Part shown: piece after piece, positions 35,403-44,053 of the stretch
Position numbering within the stretch: position 1 is the stretch's first letter
Layout of the letters: each line of letters begins with the position of its first letter
DNA from: Patescibacteria group bacterium
GTDB lineage: Bacteria > Patescibacteriota > Microgenomatia > UBA1400 > PJMF01
Direction: 5' to 3'
Length of the DNA stretch: 64,000 nucleotides
NCBI GenBank assembly: GCA_045541795.1
Contig: JAZQJV010000009.1
Location: forward strand, 7,460 to 71,459
Notes under the pieces: generated by a model
What the model saw: only the letters and a program-made list of their open reading frames with translations
What the model was told of the DNA's origin: nothing
The model's database searches: none
Translations under genes and position numbers: made by a program

Positions 35403-38400
35403 GTGAAAGATGAAATAGTAACGAGTCCTTCAGTAAGGTGGCGTAGATTTTGGCCTTATTTTGTCATCACTGCGGTATGGTTTCTGATCGTGATCACTAA
35501 TTATATGCCTGGTACCTGGTTGACGGGCTGGGATAATTTGCACCCAGAATGGGATCCCGGCTTTGATCTGTGGCGGAGCCTTAATGCTGTCTGGCAGGAA
35601 TATCAGGGCGTGGGGCTTTTGGGCGGCATGGCGCACGCCAGTGACTTGGTGCGGCAAGTGCTAGTGTGGCTGTTGACGGTAATTTTGCCGGAGTCACTGG
35701 TGCGTTACACGTTACTTTTTGGGCAACTTTTGCTGGGGAGCATCGGTGCTTTCCGGCTTTTTGAGGAACTTTTTTGCGACAAACGAGATACTCTAGCCTC
35801 AAAGCTGTCGAGCGTAGCAGCAGCACTGTTTTACCTGCTAAACCTAGGCACGGTACAAAACTTTTACGTCGCTTTTGAACCTTTTTACTGGTTTTATGGG
35901 ATGCTGCCGTGGCTGCTTTTTTACTTGCTGCGCGCCTGGCGAGGGACTAATCAGCGCGGGTGGTTGGCATTTACACTGGTGAGTTTTTTGGCGACGCCAC
36001 TTGCTTATATCCAGACAAATTTTGTAGTTTACGGTGTCCTTTTGGTGATTTTAGCGGTAGCTTATTTGGCGGGACGCCAGCCGGATTTGAGCTTGCCTAC
36101 CAAATTAAAACGTGTCTTCCTGGCGGCAGCGATCACTATCGGGACGAATTTGTTTTGGCTGGCGCCGATGGCGTATTTTGTGCTTTCGGGCGGGTCGGCC
36201 ACGACGATCAAGGCGCAGGTCAATCAGCTCTCGACCAGACAAGTGACGGTGCAAAATCAAGCTTATGAAAGTTTAGACAACATCTTGACTTTGCGCGGCT
36301 ATTGGTTTGCGTCGCAAGATTATGACACCACCGATGATGAAGCCGCGCCGATTGCTTTCATGCAGACATGGATGAGTGAGTCGGCGAGCGGAGCGCTGGC
36401 TTATCTTTTTGCGCTGCTGATGATACTGGGCGCAGGATATGTATTGGTGTACCGGCGAGATTATCGAGCTTGGGGCATAGTGATGGGGCTTTTAGGGATG
36501 ATCGGGCTTTTACTGATCAATCACTTAAATATTCCACTGGTCGCGCAAATTTTCCGTTCACCATTTACAAAAGTCATCGTGCCGCTGTCGCTGATGTACA
36601 GTTTGCTTTTGGGCGCGAGCTTTCTTTTTTGGGCGCGAGTGCTGCATGACAAATTTTTACTACTAACTTTTGGTTTTTTCTTGGTAACGCTAGGCATGTA
36701 TTCGGTGCCGAGTTTTGGCGGACACTTCATTTATCATAATTTGCGGCCGCACGTACCAGAAGATTACGCGGCGCTTTTTGCATTTATGCGGACACAACCA
36801 GCGGCGGCGCGCACGGCACTGCTGCCGGCGGAGACAGTATACGGCTGGCAACATATGACCTGGGGTTACCGAGGGATCGGGTTTTATTGGTTTGGTTTGC
36901 ACCAAAGTATTCTTGATCGGGCCTTTGACGTGTGGAGTTTTGACGACGAAGAGTTTTATCAGGAGCTGCATTATGCCCGGCTAGAATCTGATCCAGAACT
37001 TTTTTCTCAGGTGCTGGAAAAGTACGATGTGCGCTACTTAATTTATGATCAGTCTATACACCGGCGGGGGCGTGACAGCGAAGCATTCCGTAAGGAATGG
37101 TTGGCTTTGATCGCTGACAGTTGTCCGCAAATTTACAAAACGGGGCTGATCCAAGTATACGATTGCGGCGAGAGGAGTGATCATTATGTGGTCGCGCCAA
37201 AGCAGTATCATGAAAGCAGCACCAAACAGTTTCACCAGTTTTTTGACCCGTTGATTGGTGAAAGTCCGTATGTGAGCGGTAGTGCGGATAAAAGTGTTGA
37301 TGTTCCGTTTGCATTTTTACTTGAACGCGAACCTGACGCGGCGAAATTTAGTTACAGCCAAGAGCAACCCGATCTACATCGGATCCGGCTCGCGGCCGAT
37401 CTTCCTGGGGCTGATTACGCCCAGATGACAGTCCCCAGCCCTCTTGAGGCCAGCCGCTCTTCCTTCCTCGTGAGCGTGGATGTTTTTGACGAAGAAACTT
37501 ATGAGGTCAGCATAGAGCCGCTTTTGCGCTTATATGTCAACGGCGAACGGCAAGAAGTTTTCCCGGGTTTGCGTTTCCGGGCTCCGGCCATCACGGGAGC
37601 CGAAAATGTCTATTTTGATTTTGGCAGTGATTACGCGCTCGTTTCTCCAGGACAAGCGAGCAATAGTGCGGTGGTATCTTTGGGGAGTTTTGACCAGGAT
37701 CAAGTGTGGCGGTATTTTGCGGCCGGCCGGGCGCGAGCGCGAGGTCTGAATATCAATGTAAGTTTGCAAGATACTATTGAGCTGGAAGTACCGGCGGTTT
37801 TTTGGGAAAAGCTGCGAGACAGGCAGACAATAAAACTATCAGAGCCAGTGCGAAGTCTCGAGGCAGAAATTTACAGTCAGCCGATTTACCTGCGCAGTTA
37901 TGCTAGCGACGATGCCGTTAACTGCGATACGATCCGCCGAGGAGAAGTAGACCGTCAACCAGACGGTGAGCATGGCTATGCTTATCAGGTCTCAAATTAC
38001 GGTTCTTATTGTGATACCTTTTTTGACTCCAAACTCGATCAAGCCCGGCATAGCTTTTTGCTGCGGGTAGACAATCGTAATTTGACCGGCTTGCCGCCGA
38101 CTTATTACTTTTGGGACATCAATCATCAGGTACAAAGCTGGGAGACAATGCTGCCTTCAGGTACATCAAGCGTGACTTTTAGCTTCCCGCGAGTAAAAAC
38201 TGATGAAGAAACGGCTTTTTTTGACGTGCACACGGCCAATCGTTCGGTGGCCGGCGAGCCGGCGCACAATATTTTGGACCAGACGGTGGCCTATATTGTC
38301 CCGACCGAACAGCTGACGGCGATCCGTTTGCGTGGGGCGCACGCCGAGGAGTCAATAGACAATCCACTAGAGATTATCAGTGTGGCAAAGCGCGGGACAA

Positions 38401-38726
38401 GCGAGTATAAAGTGGAAGTAAAACTTCATGAAAGCACAAGCGAGGGCGTACTGGCGCTGACGCAAGGTTATCACGATGGTTGGCAGGCAAAAATTGACGA
38501 TAAGACGCTCACCCATGAGAAGTACCGTGACTGGGCAAACGCTTGGAGAGTGAGTAAAGATGAGTGTCCTGATAGCACTTGCAGCGTGAAAATTTCTTTC
38601 CGGCCACAGTGGCTTGAATGGTGGGGATTGGCAGTGAGCGGCGGGATCACTGGGAGCGCAGTGGTAGGTTGGCTGGTCATCATGTACAAGCGGTGGCGAG
38701 GGAAGATGAACGCAGAAAACAGCTAG
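35403..38726 (+). CDS. Large integral membrane protein (~12 N-terminal TM helices plus a large extracytoplasmic domain). Possibly a GT-C-type glycosyltransferase.
   Basis: 1107-aa ORF. TTGACG-17-TACAAT promoter. One C-terminal TM helix. The function is inferred from architecture only. Confidence 0.6.
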   Translation: MKDEIVTSPSVRWRRFWPYFVITAVWFLIVITNYMPGTWLTGWDNLHPEWDPGFDLWRSLNAVWQEYQGVGLLGGMAHASDLVRQVLVWLLTVILPESLVRYTLLFGQLLLGSIGAFRLFEELFCDKRDTLASKLSSVAAALFYLLNLGTVQNFYVAFEPFYWFYGMLPWLLFYLLRAWRGTNQRGWLAFTLVSFLATPLAYIQTNFVVYGVLLVILAVAYLAGRQPDLSLPTKLKRVFLAAAITIGTNLFWLAPMAYFVLSGGSATTIKAQVNQLSTRQVTVQNQAYESLDNILTLRGYWFASQDYDTTDDEAAPIAFMQTWMSESASGALAYLFALLMILGAGYVLVYRRDYRAWGIVMGLLGMIGLLLINHLNIPLVAQIFRSPFTKVIVPLSLMYSLLLGASFLFWARVLHDKFLLLTFGFFLVTLGMYSVPSFGGHFIYHNLRPHVPEDYAALFAFMRTQPAAARTALLPAETVYGWQHMTWGYRGIGFYWFGLHQSILDRAFDVWSFDDEEFYQELHYARLESDPELFSQVLEKYDVRYLIYDQSIHRRGRDSEAFRKEWLALIADSCPQIYKTGLIQVYDCGERSDHYVVAPKQYHESSTKQFHQFFDPLIGESPYVSGSADKSVDVPFAFLLEREPDAAKFSYSQEQPDLHRIRLAADLPGADYAQMTVPSPLEASRSSFLVSVDVFDEETYEVSIEPLLRLYVNGERQEVFPGLRFRAPAITGAENVYFDFGSDYALVSPGQASNSAVVSLGSFDQDQVWRYFAAGRARARGLNINVSLQDTIELEVPAVFWEKLRDRQTIKLSEPVRSLEAEIYSQPIYLRSYASDDAVNCDTIRRGEVDRQPDGEHGYAYQVSNYGSYCDTFFDSKLDQARHSFLLRVDNRNLTGLPPTYYFWDINHQVQSWETMLPSGTSSVTFSFPRVKTDEETAFFDVHTANRSVAGEPAHNILDQTVAYIVPTEQLTAIRLRGAHAEESIDNPLEIISVAKRGTSEYKVEVKLHESTSEGVLALTQGYHDGWQAKIDDKTLTHEKYRDWANAWRVSKDECPDSTCSVKISFRPQWLEWWGLAVSGGITGSAVVGWLVIMYKRWRGKMNAENS

Positions 38727-38758
38727 ACATTTCCGGAATGTAATTCCGGATTTGACAG
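38724..38758. repeat. Direct repeat flanking the ORF6N cassette, left copy (ctagacatttccggaatgtaattccggatttgaca; contains inverted repeat TTCCGGAAT/ATTCCGGA). It begins at the stop codon of gene 35403..38726.
   Basis: 31 of 33 bp identical to 39874..39908. Confidence 0.85.
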
Positions 38759-38856
38759 GATGTACACTTTTTCTCTATATAGGATAGAGATTAGATATTT
38801 TTTAAAACCTGTATTTATTTATATATAGTTCTTATCGATCATATTTTATGATAAAA

Positions 38857-38890
38857 GATGAAAGAATTTGAAAGAATTGTGTGTATAATA
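38857..38890 (+). promoter_or_regulatory. TGAAAGAATT x2 promoter motif (copy 3, ORF6N gene): gaTGAAAGAATTTGAAAGAATTgtgtgtgTATAAT
   Basis: Same 25-mer as 28758 and 35204, abutting TATAAT. Confidence 0.65.
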
Positions 38891-38898
38891 CCAGCACA

Positions 38899-39855
38899 AT
38901 GACAAAACAAATTGAAAATGAAACAACGGCAATAATTACTGGAGACATGCTGGCTGGCAAAATCTACACTATACGCGGCCAAAAAGTGATGCTGGATCGA
39001 GATTTGGCACAGATTTATGGATATACGCTCAAGGCGTTTAATAAGCAGGTTAATAATAATATCCACAAATTTGATGCCGACTTTCGATTTCAACTGTCAT
39101 CTGATGAATATGATCATTTGCGGAGTAAAATTTACGCCGCAAATATTAGCAGTAAAAGCAGAGTAATACCTCATGTCTATACCGAACAAGGCATTTATAT
39201 GCTGATGACTGTACTAAGAGGTGAGTTAGCTACTAAACAAAGCATTGCTCTAATCAAGCTGTTTAAAAAGCTGAAGGACGAGCTAATTTCACAAAATTCT
39301 GCTCAGCTAATTATGCCTAATCAGTATATTGAATTGTCTACTAAAATTCATTATATTGAGGAAGATTTAAGGCAAACCGTCAAAAAATCCGAACTGCACG
39401 ATTTCATCGCTCATTTTACTGACCAAAATTTAGGCAAACAGTTGTTGGTTTTACAAGGACAAATAGTAGAAGCTTATAGTGCTTATCAGCAGATATTCGC
39501 CGCGGCAAGAGGTTCTATTGTTTTAATTGATAATTATCTAAGCATGAAGACGCTATTACTTTTTAAAAGCATTCCGGCAGAAATTAGTGTCACGATTTTT
39601 ACCGACAAAGATAATAATGGCTTGCATCAAAAGGAGCTGGAAGAATTCCGGCGAGAATATCCTAAGCGGAAAATAGTTTTCAAGAAAACTAAACTGAAAT
39701 TTCATGACCGGTTTATTATTATAGATTTCCAGCAGAAAACACAGGAAATATATTTGTGCGGCAGTTCACTGAAAGATTCTGGACGGCGAGTAACGACGAT
39801 TGTAAAACTGCAAGACGATGAAATATTTGGGGAGCTTTTCTCGAAATTAGAGTGA
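38899..39855 (+). CDS. ORF6N-domain (antirepressor-like, KilA-N-related) protein
   Basis: N-terminal IYTIRGQKVMLDRDLAQIYG is the ORF6N signature. The ATG at 38899 lies 9 nt after TATAAT, and the ORF track's GTG start falls inside the -10. AT-rich codon usage. Confidence 0.65.
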   Translation: MTKQIENETTAIITGDMLAGKIYTIRGQKVMLDRDLAQIYGYTLKAFNKQVNNNIHKFDADFRFQLSSDEYDHLRSKIYAANISSKSRVIPHVYTEQGIYMLMTVLRGELATKQSIALIKLFKKLKDELISQNSAQLIMPNQYIELSTKIHYIEEDLRQTVKKSELHDFIAHFTDQNLGKQLLVLQGQIVEAYSAYQQIFAAARGSIVLIDNYLSMKTLLLFKSIPAEISVTIFTDKDNNGLHQKELEEFRREYPKRKIVFKKTKLKFHDRFIIIDFQQKTQEIYLCGSSLKDSGRRVTTIVKLQDDEIFGELFSKLE

Positions 39856-39873
39856 CGTTTGGCGGGAACTCAA

Positions 39874-39908
39874 CTTAGACATTTCCGGAATGTAATTCCG
39901 GATTTGGC
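39874..39908. repeat. Direct repeat flanking the ORF6N cassette, right copy
   Basis: cttagacatttccggaatgtaattccggatttggcg. Confidence 0.85.
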
Positions 39909-39909
39909 G

Positions 39910-39975
39910 GGAAAAACCTGCGCCCCCTTCAGGGGGCGCAGCACATCTAAAAAGTAGAAAGAGTAGTAAGTGTCT
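39910..39975 (-). terminator. Conserved 3' UTR plus intrinsic terminator (GCGCCCCCttcaGGGGGCGC plus T-tract) of glycine-rich gene 2
   Basis: About 40 nt (gacacttaYtactctttctactttttagatgtRctgcgcccc) are shared with 22487..22560 downstream of paralog 1. Confidence 0.7.
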
Positions 39976-41206
39976 AATTAAGCCTGGTGATGCGGGCGGC
40001 ACCATTACCGGTATGTCCCACGCCACTGGCGTAGTAACCGCCGGATGGATTGGGCATTGGTTGCAGTGAACCTTTGACATTAGTCCATTTATACCCAGCG
40101 CCGTCAATCATGAGGGTGTCGGTGAAACTCAGGCCCGTGGGCGAGAGCGAGCAGCTGTTATTCGTCGTGCCGGTAGTACAGCCGGACTTGGGCGTGGAGT
40201 TACTCAGCGACGTCACGGCGACGCAGCCCGTATGGCCGGAGATATATGAGGAGCCGCCGGCGCCGCTTCCCCACTGACCAGAAGTTCCCCCATACCATCC
40301 TCCCCCTCCCCCGGCAGATGCACAGTTACTATAATAACCATCTGCGCCAGTACCAAATGATCCGATGTTGCCTCCTCCATTGCCAGAATAACTGCCTCCG
40401 CTAACCTGTGTCCCCCCATATACCACCGTCCAGTTAGAGGTATTATAATTGTTGCCCGTGCCACCACTTACCCCGCCAGCAGCTCCACCAACGGACTTCC
40501 CTTCGTGTCCAGAACCGCCACCTCCGCCAGCAGCGACTGCAATACGACTTCTCAGAGAATTAGCATTATTCCAATTCCCACTCGTCGTCCGTATATCCGT
40601 AGCTCCACCGCCGCTACCACTATTGTGAACATAGACATTAGAATTATTTCTTGAGACCGAGCGTCCACCACCATTATAACCGCCGTTAGTCCAGTAGTCA
40701 GAGACAGCTTGACTCGTGACGGTATCAGTACCAGCATAACCAAGATACAAATACAAGGTGGAATTTGTGGTTACTCTTAGTATACCACTGACGTACCCTC
40801 CATTGCCACCATAAGTCCTGCCTGTTTGTAAATATGTAGAATATCCATTCCCACCCCTGGCTCCCCATAACTCCACCTTGTACTGGCACCCCACATATGC
40901 CGTAAACGTCTGATAACTTCCCGTATAAGTGAAATTCTTCACGGCATTGGTAGACGTCAGGACTGGGTCCAAACAGCTTTCTGGTTCTACTGCTATGTAT
41001 TGATTGGTGCCGATCTTGACGAACTTGCTAGAGCCGATCTGTATCACTTCTCCCACGGCGATGTTCTTGATTTTCTTGGTAGTGGTGGTAGAGGTGGCCG
41101 CTAGTACCTCTCCATCAGCTCTCACGAGCTGGTTCCCCTCTCCTAAGTAGGAGAGGACAATAAAGAAAATATGTGCCAAAAAGACCCGCCCCAAAACGTG
41201 CGTCAT
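39974..41206 (-). CDS. Glycine-rich secreted protein, paralog 2 (PF12810-like Gly_rich domain)
   Basis: 410 aa. N-terminus MTHVLGRVFLA. Core FTAYVGCQYKVELWGARGGNG..GGNGGYVSGIL..LYLYLGYAG. C-terminus ends ...GNGAARITRLN. Confidence 0.75.
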   Translation of the reverse strand: MTHVLGRVFLAHIFFIVLSYLGEGNQLVRADGEVLAATSTTTTKKIKNIAVGEVIQIGSSKFVKIGTNQYIAVEPESCLDPVLTSTNAVKNFTYTGSYQTFTAYVGCQYKVELWGARGGNGYSTYLQTGRTYGGNGGYVSGILRVTTNSTLYLYLGYAGTDTVTSQAVSDYWTNGGYNGGGRSVSRNNSNVYVHNSGSGGGATDIRTTSGNWNNANSLRSRIAVAAGGGGGSGHEGKSVGGAAGGVSGGTGNNYNTSNWTVVYGGTQVSGGSYSGNGGGNIGSFGTGADGYYSNCASAGGGGGWYGGTSGQWGSGAGGSSYISGHTGCVAVTSLSNSTPKSGCTTGTTNNSCSLSPTGLSFTDTLMIDGAGYKWTNVKGSLQPMPNPSGGYYASGVGHTGNGAARITRLN

Positions 41207-41474
41207 ATCCGCCTTTCATTTTCATTTCTCTTAAGAAACTGTAGCAACTACAGAAAAGCACACGATCGGCAGCTGCAGTGTCTCAAAAGAGATCTCTGGG
41301 ACAAACTCAAAGCTTCCGCTCAGGCCGTACCCCGCTACCACTATCATGTGCTTTTCTCTCGGTCCGAGCTAAGATCATAACTTTTGCAAGTCTATCTATA
41401 CGCTTGGGGTTTGGAGCTGTATTTCAATATTGTATCGTCCTTTCACCGATCTCTTTTTTAACACTGCATAAAAT

Positions 41475-41510
41475 ATTATAGCGGAAAAAGTGATTTTGTC
41501 AAGATGCAAT
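41475..41510 (-). promoter_or_regulatory. TTGACA-17-TATAAT promoter for glycine-rich gene 2, giving a ~260-nt leader
   Basis: Reverse complement reads gcatcTTGACAaaatcactttttccgcTATAAT. Confidence 0.55.
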
Positions 41511-41544
41511 TTTGTAATTTGTGCAGTAATGATATTTGTAATTA

Positions 41545-41632
41545 ATTTGTTTTTGTTTGTATTTTGTTTGTTCATGTTTTCCAGATGTAAGTGTTAAACA
41601 TTTGTTAAACGTTTGTTGAACGTTTGTAAAAC
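41545..41632. promoter_or_regulatory. Promoter-upstream repeat module, copy C
   Basis: Same module as 2645..2733 and 19415..19497. It is preceded by a terminator hairpin at 41647..41677, as in copy A. Confidence 0.7.
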
Positions 41633-41646
41633 AAGTAGTAAAAAAT

Positions 41647-41677
41647 TTTGCCCCCTCGTAGGGGGGCAAAATTGCTG
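41647..41677 (-). terminator. Intrinsic terminator (TTTTGCCCCCCtacgaGGGGGCAAAA) for gene 41690..42100
   Basis: Hairpin plus T-tract on the minus strand. Confidence 0.7.
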
Positions 41678-41689
41678 TTTGCTTTTTCA

Positions 41690-42100
41690 TTATTCTTGCG
41701 TGCTGGTCGTCGCTTCCAGATTTGCACGACCCGCTTTCGGTCTGCCTGCCGGTCGCTCACCTTCGGGCGCGGCGGCCAGTTCTGGATGCTCGGCGGCAAA
41801 AGCTGCTTGCTTTTCTTCCCAGTAGGCTTGGATCTTATCCGCCGTGGCTTGGTCGATCACGCCATCAGTCACTAGTTCATCCCAGATGAACTCTGGCAGC
41901 TGATGACCCTTGGGTCCACGCCCGCGACCCTCCGGGCGCGTGTCGCCGGCGCTATCTGCAAGCTGTGTACCTTGCACTTGGCTGCTCACGTCACTATTAA
42001 CTTCGTCGGCGGCCACGCGGTGCGCTATGCCAAGGCCGATGACGCTAGCCCCAGCCATCGCCAGTACGGCCGTACAAACTAAGTTTCGATATTTTTGCAT
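41690..42100 (-). CDS. Small secreted hypothetical protein
   Basis: 136 aa with signal peptide MQKYRNLVCTAVLAMAGASVIGLGIA. Confidence 0.5.
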   Translation of the reverse strand: MQKYRNLVCTAVLAMAGASVIGLGIAHRVAADEVNSDVSSQVQGTQLADSAGDTRPEGRGRGPKGHQLPEFIWDELVTDGVIDQATADKIQAYWEEKQAAFAAEHPELAAAPEGERPAGRPKAGRANLEATTSTQE

Positions 42101-42286
42101 AGTTCCTTTCTAGCTTCTTTAATATCGATGAGTGTAGTATAAAGGATAGCCGTTAAAACACTGCTAAAGGTAAGTTAGAGTTTTGTTAAAAAATCGACCA
42201 ACTAATATCAGCGGGCTTGAGTCTGCATCATCTTGACAAAAATGCTGTCCTCCAGTATAATACGGAGCAGAAAAAGGAAAGGCGAA

Positions 42287-42934
42287 ATGGCAAAATTTAA
42301 ATGTCTAGTTTGTGGAGTAGTTTTTGACGCGCCGGATCATGCGAGTGCAGTCTGCCCCAAGTGTAAGGCGCGCGGTGAAAAAATCGTGCCGCAAGGAGGA
42401 CATAAATACGCCGGCACGCAGACAGAGAAAAATTTACAGGCAGCATTTGCTGGGGAATCTCAAGCACGTAACAAATACACTTACTTTGCATCACGGGCAA
42501 AAAAAGACGGTTATGAACAAATTGCTGCCTTGTTTTTGCTGACAGCCGATAATGAAAAAGAACATGCCAAAATGTGGTTTAAGGAGCTAAATGGGATTGG
42601 TGATACAGCCGAAAACCTGGAAGCGGCGGCCGCGGGTGAAAATTACGAGTGGACAGATATGTATGAAGGCTTTGCAGCCACGGCTGAGGAGGAAGGTTTC
42701 CCTGAATTAGCCGCTAAATTCCGTAGCGTGGGACAAATCGAGAAACGTCATGAGGAGCGCTACCGCAAGCTGTTGGCCAACATCCAAAAGGGAGAAGTTT
42801 TCCAGCGTGGCGAGGTAAAAATCTGGGAGTGCCGCAATTGCGGACACATCGTGGTCGGCACCCAAGCGCCAGAAGTTTGCCCGGTGTGCGCTCACCCGCA
42901 GGCGTACTTTGAGATCAGCGCGGAAAATATTTAA
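42287..42934 (+). CDS. Rubrerythrin with an N-terminal rubredoxin-like Cys4 motif and a C-terminal rubredoxin domain
   Basis: CLVCG..CPKC at the N-terminus. The ferritin-like diiron core has ExxH motifs. C-terminal CRNCG..CPVC. TTGACA-18-TATAAT promoter and RBS AAAGGAAAGG. Confidence 0.85.
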   Translation: MAKFKCLVCGVVFDAPDHASAVCPKCKARGEKIVPQGGHKYAGTQTEKNLQAAFAGESQARNKYTYFASRAKKDGYEQIAALFLLTADNEKEHAKMWFKELNGIGDTAENLEAAAAGENYEWTDMYEGFAATAEEEGFPELAAKFRSVGQIEKRHEERYRKLLANIQKGEVFQRGEVKIWECRNCGHIVVGTQAPEVCPVCAHPQAYFEISAENI

Positions 42935-43104
42935 CGCCAACGAAAAGTGGCGTTTTGTGGACTTGTGATGGTAAGAAGTCAACAAAATGGGCTGTTTTGT
43001 AGACTTGTTGACTCGGAAAGTCAACAATTTTCGGCATTTTTTGTGTAGCAAACAAATGACCCCGCCAGAAACCTGACGGGGCCGAAAAAGTCTTGACTAC
43101 TTAA

Positions 43105-43611
43105 CTACACCTCCTCTGTCGGCCAGCCGTAAACGGCCAGCCTTTGGTTCTTAAACCGCGTGTTCTCAGTGACTTCCATGAGTCCGCCGAGCCACGCCGG
43201 GAGGACGACGCTGGTTTTCTCGTCGGGGTACTCGACCTCGACGACGACGTGGCCGGCGAGCTTGCCGTGGTACACGTCGATCTCGGCTGTCAACCCGTTT
43301 TCGAGTGGGAGCTCGTAGCGGGTCTTGAGCACCCGCCTACCCGCCGTAAGAGGGAACAGGCGGCGGTACTCTTCGCGGGAGATTTCCCACTCCTGCTCCT
43401 CGCGGACGAGGCCGGTACCTGCCTTGACTGTGCGCACGCATTTAACGTGCGAAAACTTGTCCATTTTCATCCTGATCCGCTCCTCACGGTCCGGTGTGAT
43501 TTCCAAGTATCCCTGCTCCACTGCCTGGTGTTTAAGGCCGGAAAACCTAAGGGTCTCGGTAACACGGGCGGCATCAACGATAATAAATTTTCTCTCGATC
43601 TCTTTCGACAT
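43105..43611 (-). CDS. CYTH-domain protein (class IV adenylate cyclase / triphosphate tunnel metalloenzyme family)
   Basis: 168 aa. N-terminal EIERKFIIV is the hallmark ExExK motif. Size and the beta-barrel pattern fit CYTH. Confidence 0.75.
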   Translation of the reverse strand: MSKEIERKFIIVDAARVTETLRFSGLKHQAVEQGYLEITPDREERIRMKMDKFSHVKCVRTVKAGTGLVREEQEWEISREEYRRLFPLTAGRRVLKTRYELPLENGLTAEIDVYHGKLAGHVVVEVEYPDEKTSVVLPAWLGGLMEVTENTRFKNQRLAVYGWPTEEV

Positions 43612-43804
43612 CTAAAAAACCTCCTTGATTTTTTTGAACCTCTGGTAGCGTTCTCGCCAGTCACGAGTCTCCTCATGGCTGCGGAGCGCGCTACCGCGGG
43701 TAGATGTGGAAAGAAAAGTCGTAGATTACTAAGTAGTCAAGATGTTAAAGGGCTGAGGAGAATTTTCCGGCTGGCGATCAGCCGTCATTCTCACTCAAAC
43801 ATCC

Positions 43805-43852
43805 TATATTATATCACACTATGTCAAATTTGTCAAGAGGCAGTTTCGCCTG
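43805..43852 (-). promoter_or_regulatory. Repeated promoter cassette copy 2 (TTGACA-17-TATAAT) driving the CYTH gene through a ~185-nt leader
   Basis: 45 of 47 bp identical to 5897..5944. Confidence 0.7.
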
Positions 43853-44053
43853 GAAAACATGGGAACAGGTATAGTTTTGTCTGTATAGCAGGGATTTATT
43901 AATTTCTAGGTAGACTTCCTGTTGGGTGCGACACTGGCGCAGGTAGTTGGCGTGCTTAAAGGCAACACATGATTGGCAGAAAATAATTATCAGGAGTACA
44001 ACGGCTAGGATCGTGAGAGTGGCTCGCCAGAAGCGATAGATGGAGTCTATCAT
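43814..44053 (-). CDS. Small single-TM protein (79 aa). Its last codons are encoded by the promoter cassette.
   Basis: ORF with TM helix TLTILAVVLLIIIFC. 4-nt overlap with the upstream small ORF. Confidence 0.4.
   Translation of the reverse strand: MIDSIYRFWRATLTILAVVLLIIIFCQSCVAFKHANYLRQCRTQQEVYLEINKSLLYRQNYTCSHVFQAKLPLDKFDIV

Larger units (their letters stand above)
38759..39873. mobile_element. AT-rich (~35% GC) 1.1-kb inserted cassette carrying one ORF6N-domain gene, bounded by 33-bp direct repeats
   Basis: Sharp drop in GC relative to the ~52% flanks. Flanking direct repeats. No integrase inside. Confidence 0.5.

Noticed and set aside
43467-43676. uORF or 69-aa ORF in the CYTH leader
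   Set aside because: It overlaps the CYTH start in another frame with basic low-complexity sequence. It is not conserved in the other two homologous leaders.
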